Shown here: positions 42,908 to 52,694 of the stretch, in pieces | How the letters are laid out: every line of letters begins with the position of its first letter | Position numbering within the stretch: position 1 is the stretch's first letter | NCBI GenBank assembly: GCA_965261395.1 | Contig: OZ253462.1 | Coordinates: 3,872,001 to 3,936,000, forward strand | Length of the DNA stretch: 64,000 bases | DNA from: Candidatus Latescibacterota bacterium | Lineage (GTDB): Bacteria; Latescibacterota; UBA2968; UBA8231 | Direction of reading: 5' to 3' | Translations under genes and position numbers: made by a program | Notes under the pieces: generated by a model | What the model was told of the DNA's origin: nothing | The model's input: the letters and a program-made list of their open reading frames with translations, nothing else | Database searches by the model: none

Positions 42908-43780
42908 TTAAGACACGTCGTCCGTGTCGATCTCACTCTTCAAGACGTAGACTCCCTCATCGGCCGTATTGATCCCAATCGTTACGGCAGTTCCGGGGAA
43001 GTCTGCCTCCATCTTCGCAAAGCTTTCCTTGTCGCAGTTCAATTCGTAAAACCCGAAGCGAGAGGCGATCTGAATCTTCCCTCCATTAAGGCGGGCGAAT
43101 TTCTGAAGAAACTCAAGGCCTAGCCCACCGGGGTGAGGGCCACGCTTCGTGGTGTTAAGCGGCTTGAGTGCCCATTTAAGAGCCGGGAGGGAACTGATAC
43201 GGGTATCATTGAAGTAACGACGGACGGTCTCGCGGATTCCGATACCGACATCGGCGATAGTAAAGTCGAGACGATGCTGTTGCGGGAAGAATTGGCCACA
43301 GACAAAGACGCCAAGTTCTGATTCGGAATGGACGACGGCATTCTGATAAACCTCAAAGACCTTTTTCTTGAAAACTCGGCTCGCTCCTTCGGACATCCTA
43401 GGAATACCTCTGCCGCTGAGTTGCCGATGGATATATTCCTCGAACTCGCCTTCGTCACTAAGGCGCAGATGGCGAAAGGGCATCGTTATGCGGTCAGAGT
43501 CATCGAGTGATTCATACCAATAATTGGTTAAGAACCGATTTTTCCGAAGTACCTGTTCCACCTTGTCAGGAACAGCAACGATCTTCACGATGTTGAATTT
43601 GTCAGCCACCTGGGCAAGAATCGCCCCTAGGGGTGCAGCCATGTTGGCGTCGAAAAACGAAACCCGCGACATATTGAGTTGCAGTCGGTCGGCAAAGAGA
43701 CCTTCGGCCGCTTTGGCGAGAGCACCGATGCTCTCGAAGCCTTGGCGGTTACTATGCAAGGTTGGTAGGTAATGGATCAC
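42908..43780 (-). CDS. STAS-like + HATPase_c (GHKL, anti-sigma-kinase-like) protein (module gene 1)
   Basis: N-terminal LNMSRVSFFDANM; N-box EVYQNAVVHS; G1 IADVGIGI; TTK..GGLGL; GTAV. Confidence 0.82.
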   Translation of the reverse strand: MIHYLPTLHSNRQGFESIGALAKAAEGLFADRLQLNMSRVSFFDANMAAPLGAILAQVADKFNIVKIVAVPDKVEQVLRKNRFLTNYWYESLDDSDRITMPFRHLRLSDEGEFEEYIHRQLSGRGIPRMSEGASRVFKKKVFEVYQNAVVHSESELGVFVCGQFFPQQHRLDFTIADVGIGIRETVRRYFNDTRISSLPALKWALKPLNTTKRGPHPGGLGLEFLQKFARLNGGKIQIASRFGFYELNCDKESFAKMEADFPGTAVTIGINTADEGVYVLKSEIDTDDVS

Positions 43781-43923
43781 TGCGGCACCGTGGTCGCGAA
43801 GAACTTTGGTCTAGCTGACGGATCGTTGACCATCTGCGCAAAAATCACTGCCGACGCCGACGCCGCGTTGATGGCGTCGAGCGGTAAGGCGACTTCGATA
43901 AGCTTTTTACGGTGCCTAGTCAT
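43777..43923 (-). pseudogene. Diverged, internally deleted 5' stub of a second DUF1156 methylase
   Basis: [37 protein letters not shown]; lacks the 25-aa REKS..WWARRP block; GTGA overlap with the HATPase start. Confidence 0.85.
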
Positions 43924-44147
43924 TTTCGATCTACCATTTTTCAATAATTCACTCTTAGTGCGAGTTCGGGCGTTAGCGCCAGCGTGAAGTATCTGCCAGT
44001 TCTTGCATATGCCGTTCCGTTTTTCCGATCTTCGGCAGCCAGCCCGGCAGGACAATAGACAATATCAGTAGGCACGGCTTGTCGTCAGGTAGCGGGCTAG
44101 CAATCAGTTGCCGCCTATTGCTGCCGGCCCGCTCGCGGGAACCAATA

Positions 44148-44181
44148 ATCTTATTATAAGATATGATGTGATGCTTTAGAA
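44148..44181 (-). promoter_or_regulatory. Putative sigma70 promoter of the island operon with a palindrome over the -10 box
   Basis: Minus strand TTCTAA-17-TATAAT; palindrome atcttat-t-ataagat at 44148-44162. Confidence 0.45.
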
Positions 44182-44194
44182 TGCTCCGCCCACC

Positions 44195-44989
44195 TCAAAC
44201 CCTCCCAGGAAACGACCGTCCCCGCACCTGCTTAAAGGGGGGCATCTTAGGCGCGTCGGTGACCGCCTCGTCGCGCCAAGAAGCCGCGCGCATGTAGTGC
44301 ACGGCATAGCCCCTGCGCCGCGTGCCGGTCCGATTGGCATTGCTCTGGTGCAGCGTCAGGCTGTGGTGGAAGCTGATGCTGCCGGGGCGGAGGGTAGCGG
44401 GCCGGATGGGCCAGCCGTCGCTTTCCAGATCGGCGACAAAAGGAGCCAAGCGCTCGCCCCGCAACATGCCCCAGCGGTGAGTGCCCGGGGCAAAGTTGAG
44501 GCAGCCGTTGTCGAGGGTGGCCGCGTCAATGGCGGTCCAGGCAGAGACCAAATCCATGGGGAAAATATCGCGCCAAGAGGCCGAGTCCTGGTGCCAGCCC
44601 TGAGCCGTACCCGTGCGCGGAGCTTTCATAAAAAGCTGATCGCCATACATCTTGATGTCGTCGGTGCTGAGCAAATCAGCGGCGATGTCGGCGATTTTGG
44701 GGTGGGTGACGTGGGCCCACATCACGTCGTCGTACACTGCTATGTTGTACAATTTGCGCACGGCCAGCACTTGGTCGGTGACCGCTTTTTCGCCGCGACG
44801 GAAGACGGGTTCGAGCTGGATGCTGGTGTCGGGGATGTGGTCTAGCTCGCCGGCGGCAATGCGGTCGGTATGGGCCGCTAAAGCGGCTACCTCGTCGGGG
44901 GTCAGCACATCTTCGACGGTCAGACAGCCGTCGAGTTGGAAGCGCTCTACTTGGTCAGGGGTGAGGTGACGCAGGTTTTGTTGGGTCAC
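44195..44989 (-). CDS. PhyH-family dioxygenase
   Basis: DQLFMK, WHQD, NGCL.F.PGTH, H.S.AN...RR. Confidence 0.9.
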   Translation of the reverse strand: MTQQNLRHLTPDQVERFQLDGCLTVEDVLTPDEVAALAAHTDRIAAGELDHIPDTSIQLEPVFRRGEKAVTDQVLAVRKLYNIAVYDDVMWAHVTHPKIADIAADLLSTDDIKMYGDQLFMKAPRTGTAQGWHQDSASWRDIFPMDLVSAWTAIDAATLDNGCLNFAPGTHRWGMLRGERLAPFVADLESDGWPIRPATLRPGSISFHHSLTLHQSNANRTGTRRRGYAVHYMRAASWRDEAVTDAPKMPPFKQVRGRSFPGRV

Positions 44990-45017
44990 GAGACGGTCTC
45001 CTCCTTCAGTATAGACT

Positions 45018-46202
45018 GGCTTTGGTGCATGAATTGGTGTTTTTTTCGGTTGATCGGTTGAATAAAAACAGGCTCCTCAGTAGATTGAGCACGACTTTCG
45101 CCAAAAAACCCATGCTTTCTCGTCCAAGGAACCTGTCATGGCCAACCTATCGTCTTGCCCCTCTTCCGTCAAGCCTGGTCGCTCGCCTCGCCGTCGCTCC
45201 AACGTCGTGTACCGGGTACGTAATTGGGCCGACTATGAGGCCGGGCTGCAACAGCGCGGTAGTCTGACGGTGTGGTTCACGCCCCAGGCCGTCGAAGCTT
45301 GGTATTATCAAGGGCCGCCTCAGCGGGGGGCGCAATATACCTTTTCGGAGGTCGCCATCCAAACGGCGTTGACGCTGCGTCTTTTGTATCACTTGCCCCT
45401 ACGCCAAACCGAGGGGTTTGTCGCTTCGGTGTTGGCCCTGATGGGCTTGGATCTGCGGGTGCCCGATCACACGACCCTGTCGCGCCGTCAGGCGGGTTTA
45501 GCCGTGGCGTGGCCGCCCCAGCGGGGAGACCAACCGATGCACTTGGTGGTGGATTCGACCGGGCTGAAAGTGTATGGCGAAGGCGAATGGAAGGTGCGTC
45601 AGCACGGCTGGAGCAAGCGGCGCACGTGGCGCAAATTGCACCTCGGGGTTAATGAAGCCACCGGCGAGATCGTCGCGCAGACCTTGACGACGAATAGCCA
45701 CGATGATGCGGGGCAGGTGGAGCCGTTGCTGGCACAGATCGAGGCCCCCGTGGAGGCGTTGGGCGGCGATGGGGCCTATGACAAACGCAAGGTGTTCAAG
45801 GCGTTGGCCGCGCCCGAGCAGGGGGCACCTATTCATCCGATCATTCCGCCGCGCAAGGACGCCAAAATCGAGCAACATGGCAACACCAACGCCGAGCCGT
45901 TGCCCCGCGATGAGACGATTCGAGCCATCCGCAAACGGGGCCGTCGAGGTTGGAAACACGAGAGCGGCTATCATCGACGCTCGGTAGCCGAAACGCAGAT
46001 AGGCCGCTACAAACAGATACTTGGTGACACCTTGCGCACCCGAACCCTAACCAACCAACAGACCGAAGCGCGGTTGGGCTGTGCCTTGCTCAACCGGATG
46101 CGGGCGTTGGCGAAACCTGAGTCCTATCCGCTAACCAAAAAAGCGTAAATCACACGCGAAAGAAGCCAACACGGCCCCGACCGGTTTTCATGCAACAAAG
46201 CC
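45018..46202 (+). mobile_element. IS5-family element (IS903-like), 1185 bp
   Basis: TIR ggctttg(g/t)tgcatgaa; perfect 9-bp TSD gtatagact (45009-45017, 46203-46211). Confidence 0.95.
45138..46148 (+). CDS. IS903-like DDE transposase
   Basis: NWADYEAGL.QRGSLT.W, DSTGLKVYGEGEW, WRKLHL, DGAYD, GYHRRS.AET. Confidence 0.95.
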   Translation: MANLSSCPSSVKPGRSPRRRSNVVYRVRNWADYEAGLQQRGSLTVWFTPQAVEAWYYQGPPQRGAQYTFSEVAIQTALTLRLLYHLPLRQTEGFVASVLALMGLDLRVPDHTTLSRRQAGLAVAWPPQRGDQPMHLVVDSTGLKVYGEGEWKVRQHGWSKRRTWRKLHLGVNEATGEIVAQTLTTNSHDDAGQVEPLLAQIEAPVEALGGDGAYDKRKVFKALAAPEQGAPIHPIIPPRKDAKIEQHGNTNAEPLPRDETIRAIRKRGRRGWKHESGYHRRSVAETQIGRYKQILGDTLRTRTLTNQQTEARLGCALLNRMRALAKPESYPLTKKA

Positions 46203-47085
46203 GTATAGACTGATAGTTCTCCGTCCAAGCTTTGAGCGGGATATCCTCGTCTTGGGGCCGCCAATAACGCGACACCGGCAGCACCAAGGGATCGTCGCCC
46301 GCATAGGCCGTGCTGCCGGTGCCCAACTCGCCCAAAAGCTGACGCCGCACCGGGTCGCACCCTGCCAAGACGTCCGGGGCTTGATGCTCGTAATCCGAGG
46401 GGCGGATCCAGCGGTGCTGATAGCCATAGTACAGGCATTTGCGCGGTTGATCGGACAGATTGGGGGTCAAGCAGTGGTACAGGGCCGTGCGCCATACTAG
46501 CGCGGTACCGGGGGCGACGTTGACTTCGACAATGCGTTTGGGATCGACGCGGCGCGCATCCTCGTCAATCCACGGCGATTGGCGATGGCTGCCGCGCACA
46601 ACGCAAATGGCACCGCTTAAAGGTTGGGTCAGGTCGGTCAAATAATAGCCGACTTTCATCTCCATAAACGGCAGCACCCCATCGACCGCGGGCCAGCCGT
46701 AGTTGGGGCCGTCGGCGTGCCAAGGGAAAAAACTGTCTGGGGCACCTAGCTCGTGCTCGCCGTCGGCGGGATCCTGCGGCGGGCGCACGTCGAGGTGCGA
46801 TGTGCGGAGCTGGATATTGTAGCCCATCAGGTCCACAACCAGCGGCAAAATGGGTGGATAGTCCACCAATTCCTTAAAGAGGGAGTTGGCGGCGATATTG
46901 CGCATTTGAAAGGCTTGGCGGGGACCGATATTGCGCTCTTGGCGGTAGCGGTCGTACAACTCGTCGAGCCGTTGCAACAGCGCGGCGATGTGGTCGGGCG
47001 GCAGGGCGTCTTCGACGAGGAAGAAGCCGTCTTCGTCAAATTGACGCTGCTGTTCGGGGGTGATTTTTAAGGAGGGTTTGCTCAT
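46150..47085 (-). CDS. PhyH-family dioxygenase whose last codons are replaced by IS sequence
   Basis: WHAD, GSH, H.L.PN.S...RK; the pre-insertion end reads QSILKEETVS*. Confidence 0.88.
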   Translation of the reverse strand: MSKPSLKITPEQQRQFDEDGFFLVEDALPPDHIAALLQRLDELYDRYRQERNIGPRQAFQMRNIAANSLFKELVDYPPILPLVVDLMGYNIQLRTSHLDVRPPQDPADGEHELGAPDSFFPWHADGPNYGWPAVDGVLPFMEMKVGYYLTDLTQPLSGAICVVRGSHRQSPWIDEDARRVDPKRIVEVNVAPGTALVWRTALYHCLTPNLSDQPRKCLYYGYQHRWIRPSDYEHQAPDVLAGCDPVRRQLLGELGTGSTAYAGDDPLVLPVSRYWRPQDEDIPLKAWTENYQSIRLCCMKTGRGRVGFFRV

Positions 47086-47104
47086 TGGACGATCCTTTAA
47101 GACG

Positions 47105-47902
47105 CTACTTCCAGATGCAAAAGCCGCCGTCCACCACCAAGTTGTGCCCGGTGATATAGTCGGCGGCGGGCGAGGCCAAAAAGCGCACCGCTCCCTTCAG
47201 GTCCATGCCGTCGCGGCCCATGCGGCCCAAGGCGGTGGCTTCGCTATAGGCGTCTATAAAAGCTTGGGGCTGGCCGCGCTCAAAGCCACCAGGCGAAATG
47301 GCGTTGACCCGCACTCCCATCGGAGCCAAATAGGCGGCCGCGTCCATCGTCAGACCGATGACGCCGGCTTTGGCTGCGGCGTAGTCCACCGGTTGCGGCC
47401 GCAAGCCGCTGCGCTGGTACATGCGGCGATCGCGGCCCACCAGACCGGCGATGGAGGCGATATTGATAATAGACCCCGAGCCTTGGTCGGCCATGATGCG
47501 GCCGAAGATTTGGCAGGAGAACAGGGGGCCGGTCAGATTGGTGTCGATGAGCAGGCGGGCATCTTCGGGCTTGCGCTCGAACAGGTCGGTGGTGCTCAGC
47601 TCCAAGCCGCCGCCGGCGTTGTTGACCACCACATCGACGCGGCCTTGCCACTGGCGCACGTCTTGGGCGAATTGGCTGAGGGCGGCGTGGTCGCAAATGT
47701 CGAGGGCGGCGTGGTACACCTCACAGCCATAGGTCTTTTTGAGATGCTCTGCTGTGGCTTGGGCACTGGCTTCTTGGCGCGAAGTAATGGCCAGATGGCA
47801 ACCGGCGTCGGCTAGGCTTTCGGCCATGTCGCGGCCCAAATCGCGAGCCCCGCCGATTACCACGGCAACTTGGCCGGTCAAGTCGAAAAGTTCTGTGCTC
47901 AT
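47105..47902 (-). CDS. SDR-family oxidoreductase
   Basis: GG...LG, NNAG, YAAAK, VNAISPG, DGG. Confidence 0.9.
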   Translation of the reverse strand: MSTELFDLTGQVAVVIGGARDLGRDMAESLADAGCHLAITSRQEASAQATAEHLKKTYGCEVYHAALDICDHAALSQFAQDVRQWQGRVDVVVNNAGGGLELSTTDLFERKPEDARLLIDTNLTGPLFSCQIFGRIMADQGSGSIINIASIAGLVGRDRRMYQRSGLRPQPVDYAAAKAGVIGLTMDAAAYLAPMGVRVNAISPGGFERGQPQAFIDAYSEATALGRMGRDGMDLKGAVRFLASPAADYITGHNLVVDGGFCIWK

Positions 47903-47949
47903 GGGGATGCTCCTGGCACGGGGCAATATAGGCGTCTAAAGGTGGGGAA

Positions 47950-49404
47950 TCAACCAGATGAAGGCTCCTGAAAGGTCATTGCCGGCCGCTGCTCCCAGCG
48001 GCATTGGTCGGGCGCGTTGGTCTGTTGGGCCCAGTCGCGGATCAAGTCGATATCCGCCAGCCGCTCCTTTAGCCGTGCCGCGACCCGGGCCGGGTCCCAC
48101 CCGTCCAAGACCAAGCTGGTCAACTCGGCCACCAACTCCCGGCACTCCGGGTCTGCGGCCCGGTCCACTCGCTCTTGGGGATCCTCTGCTAGGTTGAACA
48201 ACTGGGGCCGCTCCTGCCAATGGTAGATCAGCTTCCACGGCCCGCGCCGCACCATGCGCTGCACTTGGCCCTCGCGCAGGGCGTATTCCGAAAAGGCCGT
48301 ATCCGACCAATCGCCACGGCCCGTGCGCAGTAACTCCAGCGCTGGTCGCCCCGGCGAGTTGGGTAAGGGCGGGGCACCTAGGGCTTGGAGCATGGTGGCG
48401 TTGATATCCAAGGCGCTCATGACTCGGTCGCAGCGCGTCCCAGCCGGCAAGACGCCGGGCCAGGAGACAATGGCCGGTACTTTGACCGACTCTTCGTAAA
48501 AAGTCCGCTTCATCCACAAGTCGTGCTCGCCGATCGAATCGCCGTGATCCGAGCTGTACACTACCAGCGTGTTGTCGGCCAAGCCATTTTCCCGTAGGGC
48601 CGTTAAAATACGGCCGATCATGCCGTCCATTGCGGCGACCAAGGCCCAATAGGCGGCCCGGGCGTTGAGCACCCATTCCTCGGGCACATCCTGCACCTTG
48701 CCGTGGGCTCGCCACCAGCGGATTGCCGGATGGAGGTGATCGCCAAAAGGCTCGCGCACTGCGGGCGGTTGAATTTTCGCTCGGTAGTAATCGTACAGGG
48801 GTCGCCGCGCCAAATAGGGAGAATGCGGCAGCATAAAGCCGATGCTGAGGCTGAAAGGGCCTTCGGCTTGACCGGCGCGTTTTTGCACACCCAGCCGATT
48901 TAAGAAGTACACGGCCGCTGCGGTTACGTCCTCGTCGTGTACTTGGTATGCGCTCTGGCCCGGCCCGGCCTTCTTCAGATTGTTGCGGCCAATGGCCGGG
49001 GCGACCCCCAAGCCGGGCCAATTAGAGCAGTGGTCGCCCACCGGCCTTGCGGCATAGCCGTGCAACTGGTCGGGACCTATGGAGTGCATGCGGCCGATCA
49101 GCACCGGTCGGTATCCGGCCGCCCCCATGGCGTGGGCCATCGTCGGCACCCCCGAATTGAGGATCTGATTGTTGGTCCACACTTCGATGTCGCTGGGGTA
49201 GCGTCCCGCCAGCATGGCCATGCGCGAGGCCACGCATACCGGCGACGGGCAGTACACCTGAGAGCATTGCACGCCCTCGGCGGCGAGGCGGTCCAAATGC
49301 GGCGTCTCCACCACTGGATCTCCGGCGCAGCCCATGACGTAGGGATTGTGCTGGTCGGAGTGGATGTAGAGTAGATTGGGGCGCGGGTTGGGTGATTGCT
49401 GCAT
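47950..49404 (-). CDS. Sulfatase (choline-sulfatase-like)
   Basis: PNLL.I.SDQH, C(VAS)R formylglycine motif, SDHG, LFNL.EDP.E. Confidence 0.9.
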   Translation of the reverse strand: MQQSPNPRPNLLYIHSDQHNPYVMGCAGDPVVETPHLDRLAAEGVQCSQVYCPSPVCVASRMAMLAGRYPSDIEVWTNNQILNSGVPTMAHAMGAAGYRPVLIGRMHSIGPDQLHGYAARPVGDHCSNWPGLGVAPAIGRNNLKKAGPGQSAYQVHDEDVTAAAVYFLNRLGVQKRAGQAEGPFSLSIGFMLPHSPYLARRPLYDYYRAKIQPPAVREPFGDHLHPAIRWWRAHGKVQDVPEEWVLNARAAYWALVAAMDGMIGRILTALRENGLADNTLVVYSSDHGDSIGEHDLWMKRTFYEESVKVPAIVSWPGVLPAGTRCDRVMSALDINATMLQALGAPPLPNSPGRPALELLRTGRGDWSDTAFSEYALREGQVQRMVRRGPWKLIYHWQERPQLFNLAEDPQERVDRAADPECRELVAELTSLVLDGWDPARVAARLKERLADIDLIRDWAQQTNAPDQCRWEQRPAMTFQEPSSG

Positions 49405-49420
49405 CGAGAAGCGTCCTCCT

Positions 49421-50545
49421 TTATAGAGACAAACGAGCCCAGCACACTTCCATGCAGGCGTCGTCGCCAGCGTAATAGACGACCATGACATCGCCGTCGG
49501 GCAGGGCCGCGGCAAAGGGCAGACCAAAACTCCACAGGCCCATTTCGGCCAGCAGGTCGCCGGTGTCTCCTTGGCCGGCAGCGGTTTGCGAGGATTCGAC
49601 TGTTTGACGGTATAGTTCTACTTCGGTGTCCGCGGCAAAAGGGGCGTCTGCCGCCGGGGCTAGACGGGCGCGGATCGAGTGCGATTGAAAGCGATCGACC
49701 CAAGCCAAGACCACGCGGCCGTCGGGCAAAATGGCTGGATGCGCGGCCTGATCGGGAAAACCGAGATCATCGGGGGCGGACCAAGTGGCCCCTTCGTCCG
49801 TGCTGAGGTGGCGCTGGATATTGAGGTACTGGGTCGTCTGCCGGTCATAGGTCCAGGTGAAGGTGACCACGCGGCCGTCGGGGCAGACGCCAGCGCGCTG
49901 GTCCCAGTTGAAGATGCGGCCGGTGGGGTCCTGGCAGGTGGTGACGGGATCGCCCCAGGTCTGGCCCTTATCTTCTGAATACAAATACACCACCCGTTGC
50001 AGCCACTGGCCCTGGTCCCAATAGGTTTTATTGCTCTCGATGCTCAAGGCCAGCCGGCCGCTGGGCAGGACGAGTACGGGGTTGGTCAGGCTGGGCGGGC
50101 CAACATCCGGGGGGACGGGCACGACGCGCCAGTCGGACCAGGTGAGTCCTAGGTCGTGGGAATCGGCTAGGACGATCTCCATGGGCAAGCAGCCTTCAGT
50201 CTCGTCGTTGAAAAGGGGTTGGCCCGGATAGGTCTGGCGGTCAACCCACAGGGCGGCTAGCAACAAGTGGCCGTTGCCCAAGTCAGTGATATAGCCCACC
50301 CGGAGCGAGCCGTTCAGCCCGTTTAAGGTCGTGGCAAAAGGGGTTGCGGGTGTGCTCCAAGATTGCCCGCCATCGTCCGAGCGCTTCAGTTCGAGCGTGC
50401 CGTTCGCCGAATCCTTGGTGCTGCCGACTCGGTAGGTGGCCAGTAGCGAGCCGTCGGCTAGGGGGGTGAGCGCGGGAAAGGTCGAAAAGGCGCGCGGCGT
50501 ATTGGGCTGACCGCGGTTGATGCTGCCGCGATTGATAATTTTCAT
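49421..50545 (-). CDS. BNR/Asp-box sialidase-like protein
   Basis: Repeated S.D.G.TW Asp-boxes. Confidence 0.82.
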   Translation of the reverse strand: MKIINRGSINRGQPNTPRAFSTFPALTPLADGSLLATYRVGSTKDSANGTLELKRSDDGGQSWSTPATPFATTLNGLNGSLRVGYITDLGNGHLLLAALWVDRQTYPGQPLFNDETEGCLPMEIVLADSHDLGLTWSDWRVVPVPPDVGPPSLTNPVLVLPSGRLALSIESNKTYWDQGQWLQRVVYLYSEDKGQTWGDPVTTCQDPTGRIFNWDQRAGVCPDGRVVTFTWTYDRQTTQYLNIQRHLSTDEGATWSAPDDLGFPDQAAHPAILPDGRVVLAWVDRFQSHSIRARLAPAADAPFAADTEVELYRQTVESSQTAAGQGDTGDLLAEMGLWSFGLPFAAALPDGDVMVVYYAGDDACMEVCWARLSL

Positions 50546-50666
50546 TTTACTACTCCAAGTTAGTCGTTTCTCATTGTGCGGAGCGTGTGTCTTATTATTC
50601 AAAGAGGCCGGGGTATAATAGCGATACTCGGGATGGCTGGACAATGTCCTAAAGAGGAGAACAGCG

Positions 50667-51851
50667 ATGCAGCAACCCCATTACAATAAAGACCTAGACG
50701 TCCGCCAGATAGGACCGGAAGATTTACCTCGTGCCCGCCTAGTGGCCGGACGCGCCTTTATGGAACACGCCGAAGATTGGTACGGGGAGGATGAGACGAC
50801 GCTGGCTGGCTTTGATGGGGAGGGGACTTTGGTGTGCGCCTTGGGCTATCAGCTCGAATCGTTGTGGTGGGGTGCGGCGCAGATTCCGGCTGGGGCTATA
50901 GGTGGGGTGGCCACGGATCCCAAGCATAAGCGGCGCGGTCACGCCGGTGGGCTTATGGTGCGGGCCATTCACATACTGCGGGCACGCGGTTGCTGCATCA
51001 GCCCGCTGTGGCCTTTTTCCTTTAGGTGGTACGGCAAGTTCGGTTGGGCTTGTCCAGCGCCGAGATTGGAACTGAAAGTATGGCCGGATCTGGTGCGCCA
51101 AGCTACGACGGAGGTCGGGACGGTGCGGCGGGCGACCGCGGAGGACACAACCGCCGTGCATCGGCTGCACACCGAAGGGGCGCAATTGCGCAATGGGCAA
51201 TCGGTGCGCTCGGAAGCGTTTTGGCAAAAGGAGGAGATACAGCGCGAGCTTTGGGTGCTGGAGGGGGACGGTGGAAGAGTGGATTGCTCCGCCCTGATCG
51301 AAATAGGGGATTTGGCGCGCGCCGAGGGCAAACGCATTACCGTGCGGGAGCTACATGGGGCCTCTTTCGCCGCCCAATTGAAGCTCGTGCGGTCCTTGGC
51401 CGATATGGATGGGGTAGCCGCCCTGAAGCTTGAACTACCGCCCGATAGCTTGTTGCTCCACGCTTTCCCAGAGCGCTTTGATGTTGTCGTGGAGTACGAC
51501 TTGGCGCTGCGAGTATTGGACGTGGGCCAAGCTCTGGCGCATCTCAAGCCGCCTGAAAATCTGCGGGCGACGGTTGCGTTTGAAGTGGCCGATTGGGTGG
51601 TGAGTGCCGATAAGCCGCTGGCAGTGACAGTCCAAGCTGAAGGGGGTCAAGTGGAGGTCGCGGCCAAGGCAGACAAAGACGCGTTGCGCTGCGATATTAA
51701 AACCTTCACCCAATTGTTTGCCGGCGGCTTGACCGTGGCCCAAGCGCGGGCCATGGGGCGTTTGACCGGCGGTAGTCTAGCGATGGGGACGGCCTGCGAT
51801 GCGTTGCTGCACGGGCGCGTACCGTACCGCTCCGATATCGAGGCAGGGTAG
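50667..51851 (+). CDS. Eis-like GNAT acetyltransferase
   Basis: IGGVAT.P..RRG.A..L, LWPF...Y.KFGW, C-terminal SCP2-like region. Confidence 0.82.
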   Translation: MQQPHYNKDLDVRQIGPEDLPRARLVAGRAFMEHAEDWYGEDETTLAGFDGEGTLVCALGYQLESLWWGAAQIPAGAIGGVATDPKHKRRGHAGGLMVRAIHILRARGCCISPLWPFSFRWYGKFGWACPAPRLELKVWPDLVRQATTEVGTVRRATAEDTTAVHRLHTEGAQLRNGQSVRSEAFWQKEEIQRELWVLEGDGGRVDCSALIEIGDLARAEGKRITVRELHGASFAAQLKLVRSLADMDGVAALKLELPPDSLLLHAFPERFDVVVEYDLALRVLDVGQALAHLKPPENLRATVAFEVADWVVSADKPLAVTVQAEGGQVEVAAKADKDALRCDIKTFTQLFAGGLTVAQARAMGRLTGGSLAMGTACDALLHGRVPYRSDIEAG

Positions 51852-51884
51852 GGCTGAACGCATAACTCACGGGAGGACAAGATT

Positions 51885-52634
51885 ATGATTTTGGCGACAG
51901 AGACGCACCTGCGGCAATACCGCGAAGAAGGCTATTGCCTAGTCGAAGAATTGATTCCAGCCGATTTAATCGAGGCCGCTCGCCAGCGCACCATGGAAAT
52001 AGCCGGAGCCTTACCCGACTGGTCGACAAGGCATTTCCAGGTACTCGATCCAAGTCGTTATAAGGCCGCCGGAGGCAGTCCGCTGCCGGGCGGTATTCAG
52101 CAGCCGGCCAGCCAAGAGGAGGTGTTCGTGCGGGTAGCCGGCCATCCGCGCTTGGCCGCAGTCATGGCGGGTCTGCTGGGAGGGCCAGTGAAACGCTTTA
52201 CCGATCAGATCGGGGTCAAGCACGCCGCAGTCGTCGAAGAGCAGGGAGGGCGCAGTTATTTCCACCAGGATTCGTTCTACTGGAAAATAGCGCCAGAGTT
52301 GGGTTGCAACTGCTGGATTCCCTTGACGGAAGTCGGGATAGAAGCCAGCGCCTTGGCCGTGATGCCGGTCAGCCACCAAGGCTGGCGACTCATCGAGCAC
52401 GAATCGTACTACGACGATCCGCCCATGGGGCACGTGGACGACGATGGCTTCAAGCCTTTCAAGCGCCATCGGGTTCCCCTAGAGCAGGTGGATTTTGCCC
52501 AGGAGAAACTAATCGCCACTAGGCCGGGAGACGGATTGTTCTTCAGCAATTACACTTGGCACCGCAGCGAGCCGAACCGCAGTGGCCGGTCTCAGGCTTT
52601 TTACGCCATTGCGTACCAGCGCCGCGATTCATGA
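51885..52634 (+). CDS. PhyH-family dioxygenase
   Basis: FHQD..YW, P.SH, WHRSEPN.S. Confidence 0.88.
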   Translation: MILATETHLRQYREEGYCLVEELIPADLIEAARQRTMEIAGALPDWSTRHFQVLDPSRYKAAGGSPLPGGIQQPASQEEVFVRVAGHPRLAAVMAGLLGGPVKRFTDQIGVKHAAVVEEQGGRSYFHQDSFYWKIAPELGCNCWIPLTEVGIEASALAVMPVSHQGWRLIEHESYYDDPPMGHVDDDGFKPFKRHRVPLEQVDFAQEKLIATRPGDGLFFSNYTWHRSEPNRSGRSQAFYAIAYQRRDS

Positions 52635-52694
52635 CAGCGCGTCTCTACAGGAAGCCATACCAACGGCGTGGCGGTATTGTTTAGTTGCCTCTTG

